Shown: positions 1 through 7,836, counted from the first letter of the stretch. The stretch is 12,405 bases of DNA from Myxococcota bacterium (GCA_963676915.2 CAXXVK010000018.1:1-12405), one strand, 5' to 3'. Translations and numbers: made by a program. Notes: a model not told the origin generated them from the sequence alone.

Positions 1-396
1 GGCGATCACGAGATTGGTCAGACCGAGTTTTCGGGCCGTGTCCATCACGACGACGAACATCCCGAACGGAGCCTCCTGATCGGCCTTCAGGATAATGTTG
101 TCGGCTTTTTCCCCTTCGGCTTTCTCTTTTTCAGCTTTAAGCCTGGATTCCACCTGGTCTTTCGGTACAATCTCCCCGTCGAATAGATAGGTTTTTTCTT
201 TGGTTACCGAAATTTCCAAGCTTTTTTCGGGACGCTTCTCGGCGGTCGAGGTTTTGGGAAGCGTGATGTTCAGCCCTTTCTGACTGATCACCGCCACGAT
301 CAGGAAAAATATCAGCAGATTGAAAATGATGTCGATCATCGGCGTCAGATTGACATCACCCGTCGCCCGCGATTTCCGAGAGGAAAAGGAGATCAT
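1..396 (-). CDS. exbD: ExbD/TolR family biopolymer transport protein (3' end runs off the window)
   Basis: Absent from the ORF track; translated by hand from ATG 396: MISFSSRKSRATGDVNLTPMIDIIFNLLIFFLIVAV...LNITLPKTST...IILKADQEAPFGMFVVVMDTARKLGLTNLVIA. Has the NLTPMIDxxFxLLIFF transmembrane signature and the C-terminal ExbD motif. The start overlaps the exbB stop (ATGA). Confidence 0.93.
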   Translation of the reverse strand, partial: MISFSSRKSRATGDVNLTPMIDIIFNLLIFFLIVAVISQKGLNITLPKTSTAEKRPEKSLEISVTKEKTYLFDGEIVPKDQVESRLKAEKEKAEGEKADNIILKADQEAPFGMFVVVMDTARKLGLTNLVIA

Positions 397-1007
397 CCCA
401 ACCTCCCGGCGTCACGCAGTACGGTCAGTAACTCTTCGGAATGATGGCGCATTTCGAAGTCCACTTTGTCGATTTTTCCTTGGAAAACGTAGTAGACGAG
501 CAAAATCGGAATCGCTACGGCCATACCCGCCGCCGTGGTTAAAAGAGCTTCCCAGATCCCTCCGGCCAGCAGGGTGATGTCGCTGACATCTCCCGCTGCC
601 GCCACATCCGAGAACACTTTGATCATGCCGATGACGGTTCCGAGCAAACCCATCAAGGGAACCAGAGAACCCAGAATCGCCAGCCATTCCAAGCGCTTAT
701 TGAGTTCTCGCAGCACGTGATCTCCGGCGATGCCTGCCGCTTTTTCCCGTGCGTTTTCGTTTCCGCGAGCCACCAGGATAGCTGCGAGAACGTGGTAGCT
801 GGGAGTTCGTTTCGGGTCCAGCAAGGCTTTGGCTTCGTCGTCGCGGTCGTCGCGGATGGCGTCGAAAACCTCGGTGAATTCCTCCTCGTCAGCCAGTTTC
901 ACGCGACCGATGCGAATCAGTCGATCCACAATGACCGCCAGCGCCATGACCGACGAGAAAAGGATGGGAATCATCATGACACCGCCTTTTTCGATCACTT
1001 CCAACAT
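393..1007 (-). CDS. exbB: MotA/TolQ/ExbB proton channel family protein, 204 aa
   Basis: Motifs GGVMMIPI, PLMGLLGTVIGMIKVF and GGIWEALLTTAAGMAVAIP. Start placed at ATG 1007 (MLEVIEKGG), preceded by AAAGGA, rather than the track's 1067. Confidence 0.93.
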   Translation of the reverse strand: MLEVIEKGGVMMIPILFSSVMALAVIVDRLIRIGRVKLADEEEFTEVFDAIRDDRDDEAKALLDPKRTPSYHVLAAILVARGNENAREKAAGIAGDHVLRELNKRLEWLAILGSLVPLMGLLGTVIGMIKVFSDVAAAGDVSDITLLAGGIWEALLTTAAGMAVAIPILLVYYVFQGKIDKVDFEMRHHSEELLTVLRDAGRLG

Positions 1008-1040
1008 GATGTGTCCTTTCTTGGTGCAGTTTTGTTCCAA

Positions 1041-1057
1041 ACCTCGACCTTCGAGGT
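1041..1057. repeat. Short inverted repeat ACCTCGA-cct-TCGAGGT in the exbB 5' region (hairpin or operator)
   Basis: Perfect 7-bp arms with a 3-nt loop, about 35 nt upstream of the exbB start. Function unknown. Confidence 0.35.
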
Positions 1058-1092
1058 GTAAAACCATTTCGACGAATAGGCTTTATTGAATA

Positions 1093-1213
1093 TTTTCCGT
1101 GTGCTCGGATTTCACCTGTCAAGGATGGTTCACCCATCCGGCGCAGTGGTCCGGCAAACTTCGATTATGACGGCAGGACCGTGAAACTCCTGCGCCGTGC
1201 TCCGAACGGAAAA
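1093..1213 (-). promoter_or_regulatory. Candidate structured cis-regulatory RNA upstream of exbB
   Basis: Nested complementary segments: 1093-1100/1206-1213, 1105-1109/1201-1205, 1123-1128/1134-1139, 1140-1146/1190-1196 and 1148-1152/1176-1180. It is GC-richer than the AT-rich flanks. No known Rfam family recognised. Confidence 0.4.
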
Positions 1214-1282
1214 GCCTTTTAGATTTTAAGAAAAACTTGGAATATCAGGTGGTTAACCTTCCTATCCTTCGGATTATCCCGA

Positions 1283-1666
1283 TCAGACATAGGGAGGAGA
1301 CTGCTTGGGAGCTTGAAGAAAAATGTCCCGTTCCGAGATCCGTGCATGGCACGGGAAAGCCAGAAAGAAGTTGTCGTCGCGGATGGACACATCGACTGAC
1401 TCGCCACCGGGAGAGGAGGAGCACCTGTGCAGCAGATCCGGAACGGGACAAGGATCGGCCTGCCAGGGACGGGAAGCGACTTCCCAACCGTCGTTCGGCG
1501 AACGGTTCCAATGTGCAATGGGAGTCCCCTTGGGCGCGTGCTCGTATTGCATCCGTTCGGTGTTCCAGTAATGACGCTGCGTGGTGCCATCGAACACCGT
1601 AACCCCCCATGACTGAAACGCCATGAGCAGGGTTAACATCGAAATGGAGAAACGGAAGAAAAACAT
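1283..1666 (-). CDS. Small hypothetical exported protein or candidate leader peptide, 127 aa
   Basis: Hydrophobic signal-peptide-like N-terminus (MFFFRFSISMLTLLMAFQSWG), 5 His and 3 Cys, C-terminus QAPKQSPPYV. Co-oriented with exbBD and flanked by AT-rich spacers. No clear Shine-Dalgarno sequence. Confidence 0.5.
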   Translation of the reverse strand: MFFFRFSISMLTLLMAFQSWGVTVFDGTTQRHYWNTERMQYEHAPKGTPIAHWNRSPNDGWEVASRPWQADPCPVPDLLHRCSSSPGGESVDVSIRDDNFFLAFPCHARISERDIFLQAPKQSPPYV

Positions 1667-1709
1667 TGCGAAACCGATCTTAGTTAGGCTTGCTTATTTC
1701 TAGTACCCA

Positions 1710-1738
1710 CATCTACCTGTGTAAGTCGCACATGTCAA
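1710..1738 (-). promoter_or_regulatory. Possible sigma70 promoter for the 127-aa ORF/exbBD unit
   Basis: Minus strand reads TTGACA-17 nt-TAGATG. The -35 is perfect and the -10 is weak. The spacer contains a TGTG-N7-CACA inverted repeat. Confidence 0.35.
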
Positions 1739-1828
1739 GATTTTTGTGAATTTTCTTCCATCACAGGAAACCGGAAGCGTGCTAAGGTTGCGAAATGAGA
1801 TTCACTAAAACGACATCGGAAACGATCC

Positions 1829-2512
1829 ATGCCTGAATGGGGCGAACTATCGGCCATGCTGCTTATGGGACTTGTGGGAACCGCGCATTGCATTGGCATG
1901 TGCGGTCCACTCGTCGCAATTCTTCCTTCCGAAAACGGGGCCATCCGGGTGCATCTGGCCTACAACCTGGGACGAATCACCATGTATACGCTCGTCGGAG
2001 CGCTGCTTGGTGCGCTGGGTGGTGGCTTGCAAAGCCTTGGTTCTACAGGGGAATCACTCGCCTGGGTGGCACGCCTGCAACTGATGATGTCGCTTCTCGC
2101 CGCCGCCCTGCTTATTGTGCTAGGACTGGCGCGTATCGGGCTGATTCGTGAACCGAGTTGGATGTCCGTGGCCTCCCCAACCATGATTCCAGGATTTCGG
2201 CAGATTCACACCGCAGCCATAAATCGCCGCCGCATCCCGATGATCTATGCGTTCGGCGTCTTTATGGGACTGCTTCCCTGCGGGTTATCCTACGCGGCAT
2301 TTTCCCGAGCGGTGGCCGCACAAAGTCTTTTCGAAGGCGCAGCCCTCGTCGGCGTGTTCGGATTGGGTACACTTCCGGGTCTGCTGCTGGTCGGAACCGG
2401 GCTGGCTCCATTCATGAACCGCACCCGCACACTGTCCAACGCTTTGTCGGGTTTACTGATGATCGGCATGAGTTTGTCGCTGATTTTGGATTTATTGCTT
2501 ACAACAATTTAA
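1829..2512 (+). CDS. DsbD_2 / UreH-like membrane protein (usually annotated sulfite exporter TauE/SafE family)
   Basis: Signature motifs HCIGMCGP, YNLGRITMY, GLLPCGLSY and FGLGTLP, with about 6 hydrophobic segments. Confidence 0.88.
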   Translation: MPEWGELSAMLLMGLVGTAHCIGMCGPLVAILPSENGAIRVHLAYNLGRITMYTLVGALLGALGGGLQSLGSTGESLAWVARLQLMMSLLAAALLIVLGLARIGLIREPSWMSVASPTMIPGFRQIHTAAINRRRIPMIYAFGVFMGLLPCGLSYAAFSRAVAAQSLFEGAALVGVFGLGTLPGLLLVGTGLAPFMNRTRTLSNALSGLLMIGMSLSLILDLLLTTI

Positions 2513-2572
2513 CAGTTGCTGACACTTTTCATTCTGATTGTTAATTTTCTTAAAATTTTAATGAAAAAGAGA

Positions 2573-2601
2573 TTGACACACCCATCTATATCTGTGAAAA
2601 T
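2573..2601 (+). promoter_or_regulatory. Probable sigma70 promoter for the PilZ gene
   Basis: TTGACA at 2573-2578, a 17-nt spacer ending in TGn, then GAAAAT at 2596-2601, with an AT-rich upstream tract. Confidence 0.45.
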
Positions 2602-2686
2602 AATAGTCATCATCGTGTAAATTCACTTTGTAACGATTTTTGATATTGAATTTTATACACAAAATTATCGGTAGGGAGGTTCCACG

Positions 2687-3091
2687 ATGGACGAAAAGCG
2701 TAGACAAGCACGTATCGCTGCCGAATCTAAACTCGAAGTCGAGATCAACGAATATTCCGAATCCAATTTCTATCTAGGTTTCGATGACGCCATGGTGATC
2801 AATCTCTCCACGGGTGGATTGTTCGTGGCGACCTACACCCCCTTGAAAGTCAACGACAAGTTCCGCCTGTCGTTCTCGCTTCCGCCGGAAGATATCGAAG
2901 TGGAAGCCGTGGGAAAAGTCATTTGGAGACGGGAATACAACGCCGCTTACCCAACCACCCATCCGGGAATGGGCGTCAAGTTCGTCTCTTTGTCTCCCAA
3001 GGCTCAAAAGATGATTGCCCGCTACATCGAATCGGTGCGTGAACCGTACTTCTACCCGGATGAGGAACTGGACTCCAGCCAGTCGGCCTGA
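2687..3091 (+). CDS. Stand-alone PilZ domain protein, TIGR02266-like (c-di-GMP receptor)
   Basis: RxxxR (RRQAR) and NLSTGG c-di-GMP motifs, plus GLFVAT, GKVIW and PGMGVKF. GGGAGG ribosome-binding site upstream. Confidence 0.9.
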   Translation: MDEKRRQARIAAESKLEVEINEYSESNFYLGFDDAMVINLSTGGLFVATYTPLKVNDKFRLSFSLPPEDIEVEAVGKVIWRREYNAAYPTTHPGMGVKFVSLSPKAQKMIARYIESVREPYFYPDEELDSSQSA

Positions 3092-3292
3092 GGTCGCTTG
3101 TTCTCACAGTGCGATTCTCTCTCGGTTCACACAACCGGAACAATATCCGTTTCTTCAATCATTTCAAAAGGTTCTATCGGTTTAACCCGGTAACGAGTCG
3201 AACGTCCCACCGTATCGCTCCAAGGAATGCAACGGGCAACCAATACGAATGATTACAAGGCTGGAAACTCGCTTCGTTTTGTGATAAATCCC

Positions 3293-3322
3293 TTAGCAGG
3301 TTCGGCAGGGGCATGCTACACT
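3293..3322 (+). promoter_or_regulatory. Possible extended -10 promoter for the oxidoreductase operon
   Basis: TGcTACACT at 3314-3322 with TTAGCA 18 nt upstream of the hexamer. It overlaps the track's ATG 3313, which supports a later start. Confidence 0.35.
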
Positions 3323-3369
3323 TTCCGCTGCCCAATATGTCGGAACCGTCTCGAAGCGAAGGAGGTCCA

Positions 3370-4089
3370 TTGCCTATCGACCTGTCCGGTCTTGTGCTGA
3401 TCATCGGCAACTACGGAAGCGGAAAAACCGAGGTTTCCCTCAACCTCGCCGTTCAATCCGCCGAACGGGGAATCCCCACCTCCATCGCCGATCTCGACAT
3501 CGTCAATCCCTACTTTCGTACAAGGGAAGCCCGTGAAGTTCTTATGGAAAAAGGTATCGAGGTGGTTACACCCGCTCCGATGTACAAAGACGCCGACCTG
3601 CCTATTCTGGTCCCCAGAGTCGGTGGTCTGATCGGGCAATCCACCAAAGGTCTGGCGCTTCTGGATGTCGGCGGGGACGATGCCGGAGCCAAGGTTTTGC
3701 GCACGCTGGCGGATGCGTTTCGGGGCGTCGAGTACAAAATGCTTCAGGTGGTCAATCACCTGCGACCCTTTACCGACACCGTGGAAGGCTGCACGAATAT
3801 CCGCCGCAGCATCGAGGCATCCTGCGGTCTGACGGTTACGGGCATCATCGGCAACAGCCATCTTATGGAAGAAACGACCGTCCAAACCGTTCTGGACGGC
3901 TACACCTTTGCTTGCGAGGTCGCGAAAGAAGGAAATTTGGAGTTGGAATGCATCACGGCGGATGAAGCGCTTTTGCAGGACATCCCCCGCGAGTCGATTC
4001 ATCACGAGATTTTACCGCTCAAACGCATGTTGCTGCCTCCTTGGGCGCATGGAGAAAAGCTGGGACCGAAACAATTTCTTCTGCATTGA
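3370..4089 (+). CDS. P-loop NTPase (SIMIBI/MinD-CobQ-like) associated with the VOR-type operon
   Basis: Walker A GNYGSGKT, IADLDIVNPYFRTRE and LLDVGGDDAGA. Start placed at in-frame TTG 3370 after AAGGAGG; the ORF is open from 3313. Confidence 0.85.
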   Translation: MPIDLSGLVLIIGNYGSGKTEVSLNLAVQSAERGIPTSIADLDIVNPYFRTREAREVLMEKGIEVVTPAPMYKDADLPILVPRVGGLIGQSTKGLALLDVGGDDAGAKVLRTLADAFRGVEYKMLQVVNHLRPFTDTVEGCTNIRRSIEASCGLTVTGIIGNSHLMEETTVQTVLDGYTFACEVAKEGNLELECITADEALLQDIPRESIHHEILPLKRMLLPPWAHGEKLGPKQFLLH

Positions 4090-4100
4090 GAGAGGAGAGA

Positions 4101-4349
4101 ATGGAACCACAAACCAAAAGACAGAGTTACAAAAAAGAGGAGTTGGAGCACCATATCGATATCGACCGGTGCAAAGGCTGCGGGCTGTGTGTCGAAGCCT
4201 GTCCCAAAGACGTGCTCGAACTCACCCGTGAAATCAACGTCAAAGGGTATTTTTACGCCCAACAGAACCCGGAAAAAACCTGTATCATGTGTGGCATGTG
4301 CGTGCAGGTTTGTCCCGATGTGGCCATTAGTATCACACCCAAAAAGTAG
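4101..4349 (+). CDS. 2x[4Fe-4S] ferredoxin, delta subunit of 2-oxoacid:ferredoxin oxidoreductase
   Basis: Two CxxCxxCxxxCP motifs (CKGCGLCVEACP, CIMCGMCVQVCP). ATG 4101 follows GAGGAG. Confidence 0.92.
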   Translation: MEPQTKRQSYKKEELEHHIDIDRCKGCGLCVEACPKDVLELTREINVKGYFYAQQNPEKTCIMCGMCVQVCPDVAISITPKK

Positions 4350-4387
4350 TTTTTTGAATCGCAAACGAGTCTACGGGAGTTGAAGGT

Positions 4388-5446
4388 ATGGCAAAGAAAT
4401 TGATGAAGGGAGCGGAAGCCATCGGCGAGGCGGCGATTCGAGCCGGTTGCCGGGCTTATTTCTGTTATCCGATCACACCGCAAACGGAAGTCGCGGAGTA
4501 CCTTTCCAAGCGAATGCCCGAAGCGGGCGGCGTCTTTTTACAGGCCGAAAGCGAACTGGCCGCCTCGTACATGATTTTCGGGGCCGCGTCCGCCGGCGCC
4601 AAGGTGTTTACCACCTCGTCCTCGCCGGGAATCAGCCTGATGAGCGAAGCCATCAGCTACATTGCCGCCGCCGAAGTGCCCGCCGTGTTCGTGAATATCA
4701 TGCGCAGCGGACCGGGACTAGGCGGAATCCTGCCCAGCCAGGGCGATTACTTCCAGGCGACCAAGGGTGGCGGCCACGGCGATTACCGCCTGATCGTGCT
4801 CGCTCCCGCCACCGTGCAGGAATCGGTCGAGCTGGTGATGGATGCCTTCAACCTCGCCGACAAATACCGCAACCCGGTGATGGTCATCGGAGACGGATTG
4901 ATCGGCCAGATGATGGAACCGGTCGAATTTCCAGAGGATTACGTTCCGTCCGTCATCGATTACGAGCAATACGCCACGACCGGCAAAAAAGACCGCGAAC
5001 GAAACCTCGTGCGCACGCTGTATCTCGACTCCGACGAGTTGGAATGGCACAATCAACAATTGCTGGCCAAATTCCGCAAAATGGAAGCCGAAGAAGTCCG
5101 CTTCGAGGAATACGGCATCGACGACGACATGGAATACCTGGTCGTCTCCTACGGAACGTCGAGCCGCGTTTGCAAAACCATGGTGGACGATCTCCAGGCG
5201 GAAGGCATCAAAATCGGTCTTTTGCGCCCGATTACGGTGTACCCCTTCCCCACCGAACGAATCCGCGAGCTGTCGAAACGACCCGGACTGAAACGCATTC
5301 TCTGCGTCGAAATGAGCTTGGGCCAGATGATCGAAGACGTGGAGCGGGCCAACCAGGGCCGTCAACCCGTCACGCACTATGGAAAAACGGGCGGTGTCGT
5401 ACCCGACGCCACAGAAGTCATCGCACATTTCAAGTCTTTGATATGA
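4388..5446 (+). CDS. vorB: 2-oxoacid:ferredoxin oxidoreductase alpha-type subunit (3-methyl-2-oxobutanoate dehydrogenase VorB-like)
   Basis: YPITPQTE, FLQAESE, TTSSSPGISL, RSGPGLGGILPSQGDYFQATKGGGHGDYR and VEMSLGQMIEDV. The substrate is inferred from subfamily resemblance only. Confidence 0.9.
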   Translation: MAKKLMKGAEAIGEAAIRAGCRAYFCYPITPQTEVAEYLSKRMPEAGGVFLQAESELAASYMIFGAASAGAKVFTTSSSPGISLMSEAISYIAAAEVPAVFVNIMRSGPGLGGILPSQGDYFQATKGGGHGDYRLIVLAPATVQESVELVMDAFNLADKYRNPVMVIGDGLIGQMMEPVEFPEDYVPSVIDYEQYATTGKKDRERNLVRTLYLDSDELEWHNQQLLAKFRKMEAEEVRFEEYGIDDDMEYLVVSYGTSSRVCKTMVDDLQAEGIKIGLLRPITVYPFPTERIRELSKRPGLKRILCVEMSLGQMIEDVERANQGRQPVTHYGKTGGVVPDATEVIAHFKSLI

Positions 5447-5467
5447 TACAGGAAAGGGGATAGATCG

Positions 5468-6214
5468 ATGCCGTTCCCGTATACCAGACCAGTCAGTCTG
5501 ACCGAAAATCAGACGCACTATTGCCCAGGATGCACCCACGGGGTGGCCCATCGGCTGATTGCCGAGGTCATCGACGAGTTGGGCATCCAGGGCCGCACCG
5601 TCGGAATCGCTCCCGTCGGCTGCTCCGTACTCGCCTACAATTATTTCGATGTCGATTTTCAGGAAGCCGCCCACGGCCGTGCGCCCGCGATGGCTTCGGG
5701 CATCAAGCGCGTGCGCCCGGAACTGATGGTGTTCACCTACCAGGGCGATGGCGACCTTGCCTCCATCGGTACGGCGGAAATCATCCATGCCGCCAACCGG
5801 GGCGAGAAATTCTGCACGTTTTTCATCAACAACGCGGTGTATGGCATGACCGGCGGCCAGATGGCTCCCACCACCATGCCGGGACAACGCACCACCACAT
5901 CGCCGATGGGGCGGGATATCGACCTCACCGGGATGCCGATGCGCATGGCGGAAATGCTGGCCACGTTGCAGACGCCCAGTTTCGTCACGCGACAGGCGCT
6001 GATTCGGCCCAAGTACATCACGAAAGCGAAAAAAGCGATCCGGCAGGCGTTTCAGTACCAGATGGAAAACCGCTGTTTCTGTTTCGTGGAACTGATCTCC
6101 ACCTGTCCCACCAACTGGGGCAAAACGCCGGTTCAGGCCGTCGAGTGGGCGGAAGAGGTACTGCTGCCGTACTATCCGCTGGGTGACAAGAAAACGCCGG
6201 ACGACGAGCAATAG
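5468..6214 (+). CDS. 2-oxoacid:ferredoxin oxidoreductase beta subunit (TPP-binding)
   Basis: HYCPGCTHG, PVGCSV, HGRAPA, the TPP motif GDGD...NN, YGMTGGQMAPTT and STCPTNW. Confidence 0.93.
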   Translation: MPFPYTRPVSLTENQTHYCPGCTHGVAHRLIAEVIDELGIQGRTVGIAPVGCSVLAYNYFDVDFQEAAHGRAPAMASGIKRVRPELMVFTYQGDGDLASIGTAEIIHAANRGEKFCTFFINNAVYGMTGGQMAPTTMPGQRTTTSPMGRDIDLTGMPMRMAEMLATLQTPSFVTRQALIRPKYITKAKKAIRQAFQYQMENRCFCFVELISTCPTNWGKTPVQAVEWAEEVLLPYYPLGDKKTPDDEQ

Positions 6215-6225
6215 GGGAGGAAACG

Positions 6226-6765
6226 ATGCAAAATGAAGTGATGTTTGCCGGATTTGGCGGACAAGGCATCATGCTGATCGGGAAAATGCTGGCCAAAGCG
6301 GGCCTCAAAGCCGGACTGGACGTGGCCTGGATTCCGTCCTACGGCCCTGAAATGCGCGGTGGAACCGCCTATTGCACAGTGGTAGTATCCGATCGACCCA
6401 TCGGCTCGCCGATTATCGTCCATCCCACCAACCTTGTGGCGATGAACCGTCCCTCTCTGGAAAAATTCGCACCGAAAGTGAAAAAGGGAGGATGCATTCT
6501 CGTCAACAGCTCGCTGATTCCCATCGAGTCGGGCCGCGACGATGTGGACGAAATCCACGTTCCCTGCAACGAAATCGCCATCAGCAACGGAACCGCCAAA
6601 GCCGCCAACGTAGTGGCGCTGGGGGCTTTCGTCGCCAGAACGGGAATCTGCGACTGGGGCTTGATCGAGGACGCGGTAAAAGACAATTTTGCCGCCAAAC
6701 CGAAACTGATTCCCATGAACATGGATTGCCTGAGCAAAGGTGCGGAATCGGCCAAAGCCCAATAA
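6226..6765 (+). CDS. 2-oxoacid:ferredoxin oxidoreductase gamma subunit
   Basis: AGFGGQG, PSYGPEMRGGTA and ANVVALGA motifs. GGGGAGG ribosome-binding site. Confidence 0.93.
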   Translation: MQNEVMFAGFGGQGIMLIGKMLAKAGLKAGLDVAWIPSYGPEMRGGTAYCTVVVSDRPIGSPIIVHPTNLVAMNRPSLEKFAPKVKKGGCILVNSSLIPIESGRDDVDEIHVPCNEIAISNGTAKAANVVALGAFVARTGICDWGLIEDAVKDNFAAKPKLIPMNMDCLSKGAESAKAQ

Positions 6766-6783
6766 GTTTCAAGTAGATTTTCA

Positions 6784-6820
6784 ACGTCAAACGCCCCCTG
6801 ATCGAGGGGGCGTTTGACGT
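6784..6820. terminator. Hairpin between convergent genes, probable bidirectional terminator
   Basis: Perfect 16-bp inverted repeat ACGTCAAACGCCCCCT-gatcg-AGGGGGCGTTTGACGT, 18 nt after the gamma-subunit stop. Confidence 0.75.
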
Positions 6821-6916
6821 CTATAACAAATTTTTTCTCTTCTCTTTCTGCTTCTCCGTTGGTTCAGGTCGTCAAGACCGAAGCCCCAAATCGACAGACG
6901 GAAAACTCCCGAAAAA

Positions 6917-7762
6917 TCAGCTTTCGCTTGGCGGCATCATGCCATGGTGATGGACATCCACCTGCGGGAACGGTATCTCGACGCCTTCCCGGTCGAAGGT
7001 TTCCTTGACCGTCCGGTTGATATGGAAAAACACGTTCCAGTAATCTTTCGTCTTGGTCCAGGGACGCACGGCGAAATTGACGGAAGAATCGGCCATCTCG
7101 ATGATTTCGATCACTGGGGCAGGTTCTTTCAAAACCCGTTCGTCGGCTTGCAAAATTCCTTCGATCAACCCACGCGCCTTGCCGATATCTTCGCCGTAGC
7201 CAATACCCACCGTCATATCTACGCGGCGGGTATCGTGGGCTGTGAAATTGACGATCGAACTCCCCCAGATATTCCGATTGGGAATCACGATCTTCTTGTT
7301 GTCCGGCGAATTCATCGTGGTGGCCATCATGTTGATTTCTTCCACCGTTCCCATGTGTCCGCCCGCTTCTATGAAATCCCCCGACTTGAACGGCTGGTTG
7401 AGGATCAGCATCAGACCCGCCGCCAGATTTCCCAGCGATTCCTGGAACGCGAAACCGACGATGAAACCCGTCACGCCAAGCCCGGCAACCAGCGGGGCAA
7501 TGTCGATTCCCAGCCGGGGAAGAGCGACCATCAGCAGCAGCACCCAGAGGACTTTACTCGTCACGTTCAGAATGAAACGCCGTAAAGTGTCGTTGACGCG
7601 CTTCGATTTATCCAGCAGCTTTCGAACGATCCGCAACAGTATTTTGATCGCGAAAAAACCGAGGAACAGAATGACGAGAAACGCCACCACGTTGACGGCG
7701 AAATCGATCCCCTGGGTCGCCAGCCAGTCCTGAGCTTTTGTAATAAGTTCGATTTCCTTCAT
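6917..7762 (-). CDS. mscS: Small-conductance mechanosensitive channel
   Basis: Three hydrophobic segments, GFAFQESLGNLAAG, PFKSGDFI, DNKKIVIPN, RRVDMTVGIGY and IEIPFPQ-type (VEIPFPQ) motifs. AAGGA ribosome-binding site. Confidence 0.93.
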   Translation of the reverse strand: MKEIELITKAQDWLATQGIDFAVNVVAFLVILFLGFFAIKILLRIVRKLLDKSKRVNDTLRRFILNVTSKVLWVLLLMVALPRLGIDIAPLVAGLGVTGFIVGFAFQESLGNLAAGLMLILNQPFKSGDFIEAGGHMGTVEEINMMATTMNSPDNKKIVIPNRNIWGSSIVNFTAHDTRRVDMTVGIGYGEDIGKARGLIEGILQADERVLKEPAPVIEIIEMADSSVNFAVRPWTKTKDYWNVFFHINRTVKETFDREGVEIPFPQVDVHHHGMMPPSES

Positions 7763-7836
7763 GATTTATTCCTTTAGATTCTTTCGTTTTTTAAAGTTTC
7801 GTATCTGGATCGGTATAAAGGATTTGCTTCCATCGA

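Noticed and set aside
1093-1213. Cobalamin riboswitch (plausible upstream of exbBD; minus strand has GGTGAAATCC and CCACTG)
   Set aside because: The fragments are in the wrong order, and there is no AGGGAA or B12-box (AGYCAGRAGACC-like) sequence.
1743-1765. Rex or CRP/FNR operator at TTGTGAA...TCACA
   Set aside because: Half-site spacing (N11 between TGTGA and TCACA) fits neither consensus.
3302-3317. Sigma54 promoter at CGGCAGGGGCATGC
   Set aside because: GG-to-GC spacing is 9 nt rather than the required 10.
4447-6211. Long alternative ORFs 4447..5463 (+), 4718..6211 (-) and 5521..6186 (+)
   Set aside because: They are shadow frames of the oxidoreductase genes with strong codon bias, and have no recognisable motifs.
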